From positions 117,180,001 to 117,244,000 of the forward strand of contig OX597815.1 in assembly GCA_951406725.2 (NCBI GenBank): DNA of 64,000 bases, read 5' to 3'. Position numbers and translations under genes: made by a program. The notes under the pieces are model-generated. The model was not told the origin of the DNA. It did no database searches and worked only from the letters and a program-made list of their open reading frames with translations. The DNA is from Octopus vulgaris (taxonomy: Eukaryota). Of this stretch, positions 60,218-64,000 are shown in pieces (positions within the stretch are counted from its first letter, which is position 1; each line of letters opens with the position of its first letter).

Positions 60218-61169
60218 CTTGCCAGATCCTGTCAAACCATCCAACCCATACTGGCATGGTAAAAGGATATCGACTCTTAACCCTTTAAACCAACCATGTC
60301 TGTCCCAAATATTCTACCTCTTTTATGATCAAACCAACCAGATCTGACCTCTCACACCTACCTTATAATGTCATTCTAAAAGTAAACAATCACATCATTG
60401 AATTCTCAAAGTTATGAGATAAAGCATGATTAATTCAAATTAGTGTGAATAAATAAGCATTACATTTAACAGAGTAATGTGAATGCTAATGGGTTGATGC
60501 TGATGATGTTCTCTTTGAAGGTCTCTTGATACTGTCACATAACTTAGCTGTATTTACAACTCTTCCATATTGATGGAATTTCAAAATTAACAAGAACATT
60601 TCTGAAGATTCTAGAACGAAATAATTTTTTGATGAAAATACCTTTTTTATTAAAAAGGTACTTAGTCTGTTGAGGCACAGTTACTCAAAGAATCAAGTGA
60701 TACAAGGTTGAGTGTGAAAACCTTACTACGTCCAAGATATTACATTTCTCACTTCAGTTTGTCTTGTTGAATAGACGCTGCATTAACTTCTGATGTATGG
60801 TACTCTGCATTTTCATCAACAATTCAAATACTTATTATACTTCAATTTGTGGACCCTTCCCACATATAAAAAGCATGATAAAATAAATATATATAAAAAA
60901 TAGTCAATAATATTTATATATGTGCTTTAAATTAAACATTAAAAAAACAATTTGTTTTTGTATTTTTGTATTTAATTTCTGTTTTTAGACTATATTTTTT
61001 TATAATTATAAAAAACTCTAATATATGTTTTGCAATGTATAAATCATAAATAAAATTATATTTCATTTTTATACTTGTTTTCATTTTGTTATTTTTCAAA
61101 ATTTCATTTTAATGAACTTTTAAATGTTTCAGAAAAACAAAACAAAATAGAAAAATAATCCATTAAGCA

Positions 61170-61656
61170 TCTACCATACTCTGAATTCCTTGTTTCTCTG
61201 GGTATAGATACATTGAAGCTCTGACATCTGGCAACTGGCTTGGTAAACACCCACAAAATTATTAACCATTGTGCCAACAACCACCTTGAGCACCTTTTTG
61301 AACTCCATGTGTATAACACATGTGGGCATGCCTACAAAGTCAGAAAACAGCACAGCTCCCATGACTTTCGGATATATTTTTTCACACTAAGAGTTGCTGA
61401 AGCATGGAACAAAATACCTGCATCAGTTGTTAGTTGCTGAGACATTGCATCCTTTAAAACCTCCATGTTTCTTGAAATTCACCAACACTACACCTGATAT
61501 CCCCTCCCTCCATACACATGCACACATGTATATCATGATTCATACACTGTTCACTTTCCTGACTTTTGTAAATAATTCTATGTATTGTACATGCACCTTG
61601 AATGAGTTGTAGTGCACCTGAGCACTATACACAATAATCTCATTATTATTATTATT
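61170..61656 (+). mobile_element. CR1-clade LINE 3' end
   Basis: TCGHAYKV...FFTLRVAEAWNKIPASVV...FK motif typical of CR1 ORF2 C-termini; (ATT)n tail. Confidence 0.85.
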
Positions 61657-64000
61657 TTAAGAAACAAACTATAATTGTTTTGTTGTTAGTATTGTTGTTG
61701 TTTAATCTATGGTCTGAGATATCCCAGCTATTGACCATCCTGTCTTTATTGCAGTATATCTAGAACCACATTATTCAATGTATCATTCTTTATTTTATGA
61801 TGGGAGAGTGTCACTTAGTGGAAATTTGACTGCCATTTCTAGCATATTGATAGATTTCATAGAGGCTGTTTGTTGACTTACTGTTTTGATCTCCCTTTGT
61901 GATATTGGATAAGTTTGTATTTAAAGTTACTGATAAGAAGCAGCACAAAATATAGATACAGAAAAGGAAAAACAAGCATTCCAAGAAATCAGTAAATTAA
62001 CCTTTTTAATGCCAACCTGCCCGAGACATCCCTAGTTCTGTAAAGCAAGCTTCTTGTAAAGAGATCTAGATTAAAAACTTCCACTAGAATTTTATGTAAA
62101 TTCAAATTACAAATATGAACTTATTAATAGTTTCAGATTTTGGCACAGGGCCAGATGTTTTTGAGGGGAGGGGTAAGAGTCGACTATATTGACCTCAGTA
62201 CTTGACTGGTACTTATTTTATTGGCCCTGAAAGGATGAAAGGTAAAGTCAACCTTGGTGGAATTTGAACTCGGAACATAAAGAACAAAATGCTGCTAGTC
62301 ATTTTTGCCCATCTTTATAACTTGCATGCTAATGCTTTTACCAGTGCAGTGTAATGGTGACACACTTGTCACTTAAACATAGCAGTGTGGGTTTAAGTCC
62401 TACGTGTATGGAAAGCCTTACTTTTTTTGGTGTTAGGAAGGGCATCCAGCTGTAGAAACTATGCCAAAACAGAGTGGAACCTGGTGCAGCTCTATAGTTT
62501 ACCAGTTCCAGTCAAACCGTCTAACCCATGCGAGGGTAGAAAGTGGACATTAAATGATATGATGATGAGGAGGATGACTGCCTTATAAGAAACTTAATGA
62601 CAAAATCATTTTAGTAAATTCTTCATTATTTTTGAGATTGTTACTTGAAGTGGCTATGTGAATATTTTGCTGGCTATGTGAATAAAAACTGAGGCCACCA
62701 AAATATGTATTACCAGATATAAATATATTGGATGTTGACTATTTACAATGGATGACATACATGTTTGCTGACTGTGAGAGATGGATTGCTCTGAAATTAT
62801 AGAAAGCTTTCTGTGTGATAACATGTGGTCAGCCCCAAAATATACCAAGTCCACTATGTAAATTTCTGTGATGACAGAGTTCTTTTGCTATCTGTCCTTG
62901 GCCATCTGCTGACTGAGATAATGAAAAAACTGTGCCATGTCTGTAGAAGTTAACTTATGAGACACCATGTGAATGTTCAAAACAGAAGGGGCCTGTCCAA
63001 GAACCTGGAACTGTTTGCAGAAATGTCTGGAAATGTCATCATGGCAAAAATGGAAGCATGTGTTGTTCAGCTGTCTAATTGAGCAGCAAAAAAGTGTTTT
63101 ATAAGATACAAGAAAGAACATTCTAGAAAAACAACTTCACACTGTTTGATTGCTTAACAGACCTGTAGTGGTTCACTCAAAGTGTCTGGTAGATGAAGTT
63201 TTGAATCACCACTACAAGATTAGCTGAAAGAAATGTGTAGTTTAGCAGAGATATAGCAATAAAATGGATTTAATAGAAATAAGTCTTCTTGGAGCCTACA
63301 TGTTCAGAAGCTTATCCAGATTTTTAAAGCATCTTACCTCGCTCTGGCCAGGTAACCTTATACTTCTTCTACAGCAAGACACCTGTATTTCTCACTATAA
63401 CTTTTTCATCATCCAACAGAAGATCACCTTGGGTTGAGAGTGCATGACACCCTGTTAAATGGACAGCAGTATGTTATAAGTTAATCATCAGCGGTCATTG
63501 TTACTTTTAGTCAGGTGGACTGGAACAGTGTGAAATGAAGTGTTTTGCTCAAGAACTCTACAAGGTGCCTGGCTTGAGAATTGAAGCCATGATCTAATGA
63601 TTGTGAGTCCAACACTCTAAACACAAGGCCAGATATTTTCAAAAATTAAATAGAAATGAGGGCAAATTAATCAGCATTGTTATGTTTGTTGTAAAGAAGA
63701 GCATCAGTTGTAGAAACCATATCAAAGCAGACATTTGAACTCATTGCAGTTCTCTAGCTTGATCCATCCAACCGAAACCAGCATGGAAAACAGGTATTAA
63801 ACAAATATGATGATAGTGGTGGCGATGGTGTTGGTGATAAAGATAATGATGTTAACAATAGTTTGTAGCTAATTTGTTATGTCCCAATAATTATGATAAT
63901 AGCCATTGCATGAGTAATAATTCTGCAGCTATTCTAGGCTTACAACACTAAGTAGAAAGTTAATATTGGGAGATTCAGTTGTTAAATAAGACTGGGAATT

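Noticed and set aside
62650-63400. Possible transposase relic or neighbouring gene downstream of CEP290 (similar doubt at 45750-46080)
   Set aside because: No recognisable motifs, splice-consistent exons or TIRs could be established by eye.

Overview
AT-rich, repeat-dense animal genomic DNA. It is most likely an octopus (coleoid cephalopod), inferred from the SINE/LINE repertoire. Most of the window (1575-56606, + strand) holds the 3' half of a CEP290 orthologue: 26 GT-AG exons splice, with every phase consistent, into about 1,250 codons ending at a TGA. The introns are packed with transposons: a 5'-truncated RTE-type LINE (RT plus an embedded PHD finger) and many copies of its (GAT)n-tailed 3'UTR, several tRNA-derived SINE families, two non-autonomous Helitrons, pogo/mariner, piggyBac-like and hAT MITEs, and CR1, RTE-BovB-like, R4-like and Tigger relics. 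The most notable signal is a set of (TA)n-associated fold-back elements. The best of them (50834-51189) is a perfect 135-bp inverted repeat in which each arm carries a complete minimal type-I hammerhead-ribozyme motif with the U3-A8 covariant core, as described for Penelope-like elements. Other highlights are tandem putative pseudoknot/hairpin units in the LINE 3'UTR, a 32-bp snap-back at the LINE 5' junction, and a 2x2 head/tail shuffling among SINEs. All calls were made by eye; no database searches were run.
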